Shown here piece after piece: positions 62,730-64,000 of a DNA stretch of 64,000 nt. Under the pieces are notes generated by a model. It saw only the letters and a program-made list of their open reading frames with translations, searched no databases and was not told where the DNA came from. Location: assembly GCA_051362555.1 (NCBI GenBank), contig CM120642.1, forward strand, positions 11,098,001-11,162,000, written 5' to 3'. This DNA is from Lingula anatina. Lineage: Eukaryota; Animalia; Brachiopoda. A program made the position numbers and the translations under genes. Within the stretch, counting starts at the first letter, position 1, and each line of letters opens with the position of its first letter.

Positions 62730-64000
62730 ACTTATAAGAAAACAATACAATCGAAATCGATCTTTATGTCCATTTTTCCTTCCACTAGACTAGAGGAGAA
62801 ATAATATATCCAATGTGACATTAACCAGGCTATAACGTTTCTGTAAACATGTGACATTAACCAGGCTATAACGTTTCTGTAAACATGATCAAGTTCAGAG
62901 TAAATAAATTTTTGAATGACATGTCTTGTTAATCATGGTTTTAACTAAACAAAATGGATCTTTACAAAAAAGCACAGAACACATTTCAACACCGGGTTTA
63001 TTTGTATAAAATTTCTAGGCCACTAGATGCAATTTCCCCAAACACTGAATTGCAAACACCACAACTGCCATAATCAGTTTATATGTATATCTGATTATGT
63101 GTCTTATAGCAGGTCAAGATAGCTACAAGCCAGCATTTTGAGGCTCAATTTTTTTTTTTTTTTGGATTCAATGATTTAAAATACTTTGGTGGATTTATCT
63201 TAATATTTTTTAAATAAGCGCAATAAGATCAGATTTACATAATAAAAACATTTATCGTAAAAAAGCATTTTACAAAGAAATTATGCAACTGTTGTCCTGT
63301 TTTGATAAATTGCAACATATTTGTCCAATGAAAACAGTCTAAAATTTTTCTGGAACTCGTGTATCTAATACACACGCCCCATGAAATGCGCAGGTTTACC
63401 TGTAGGTTGTAAAAGCAAAATTCCGAGATGCTGAAAGTTTCTCAAAATGAGAAACCAAAAAGGTGCCACCGCTGCTTACATGAGCATCAGTTATAAACCA
63501 AATGGCGGAAGACTAGCTTATCATCGTATCCCACTTATTCAGTTTAATACTGAGACAAGCTAGTGATGTTTACCGAAAAGCTCTGCCTTTAGATCGAGCC
63601 ATCTAAATCAGCAATATAAACTATTGGCAGAGTCATGTTTTCTTTTTCAAATCTTGAATTTCAGACAGTTTTATCAACTAAAGAAGTTTCCTTAGAGAAT
63701 CCTCTACAAATTAAAGTACAGATGTGTCTATGCCCAGACCTAGCTGTAAACGTTTTGTTTTATTTAAAGCTAGTAAATGTTGATAGTACAGACGGTACTG
63801 GCAAGGCGTGCAAGGACCGGTCAAGACCTCCAAGGCAAGACGGGGGTCGGTAAGAAACAGCTTTACTGAAATAAAGTGTCCGTGATGTTTAATATTCCAG
63901 GTCATTTGTACTGAATGCTATACATGTACATAGGGAAAATGTTGCAGAATTAAACTTGTTTTCTTCTTCCTTTTAACTGCATGAAGTTATTTGTGTTTAG

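Larger units (their letters stand above)
48866..64000 (+). repeat. Tandem segmental duplication: unit 1 about 48866-57334, unit 2 from about 57335 past the window end
   Basis: Collinear near-identical upstream, exon, intron and 3' flank sequence (e.g. TGTTAGTAACC.GAGATTG at both unit starts; 56702-56920 matches 63635-63853). Confidence 0.93.

Noticed and set aside
62812-62886. Tandem duplication of about 36 bp in the 3' UTR of FG-GAP copy 2
   Set aside because: Ordinary local slippage with no evident consequence.

Overview
AT-rich, intron-containing eukaryotic DNA, probably from a marine invertebrate (inferred; the taxon cannot be determined from the sequence). In order: (1) the 3' part of a spliced Ulp1/SENP-type protease gene. 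(2) An A-B-A-B tandem array (about 3.1-39 kb) of four 3-exon genes. The ORF track shows only their IFI27/ISG12 exons; manual splicing fuses an N-terminal PH domain (exons 1-2) in frame to the IFI27/ISG12 domain (exon 3). Copy 1 is interrupted by a TTAA Kolobok-like element. Intron 1 of copy 4 holds a young Ty3/Gypsy element with apparently identical 219-bp LTRs, a ComEA-like HhH motif on Gag, a -1 frameshift signal and a PHF8-like PHD finger on integrase. (3) A 7-exon astacin gene. (4) A convergent cytosolic 5'-nucleotidase I gene. (5) A tandem duplication of a secreted FG-GAP/VCBS-repeat plus gluzincin-like metalloprotease gene, one copy with a premature stop. All exon models and family calls come from reading motifs and splice sites by eye; no database search was run.
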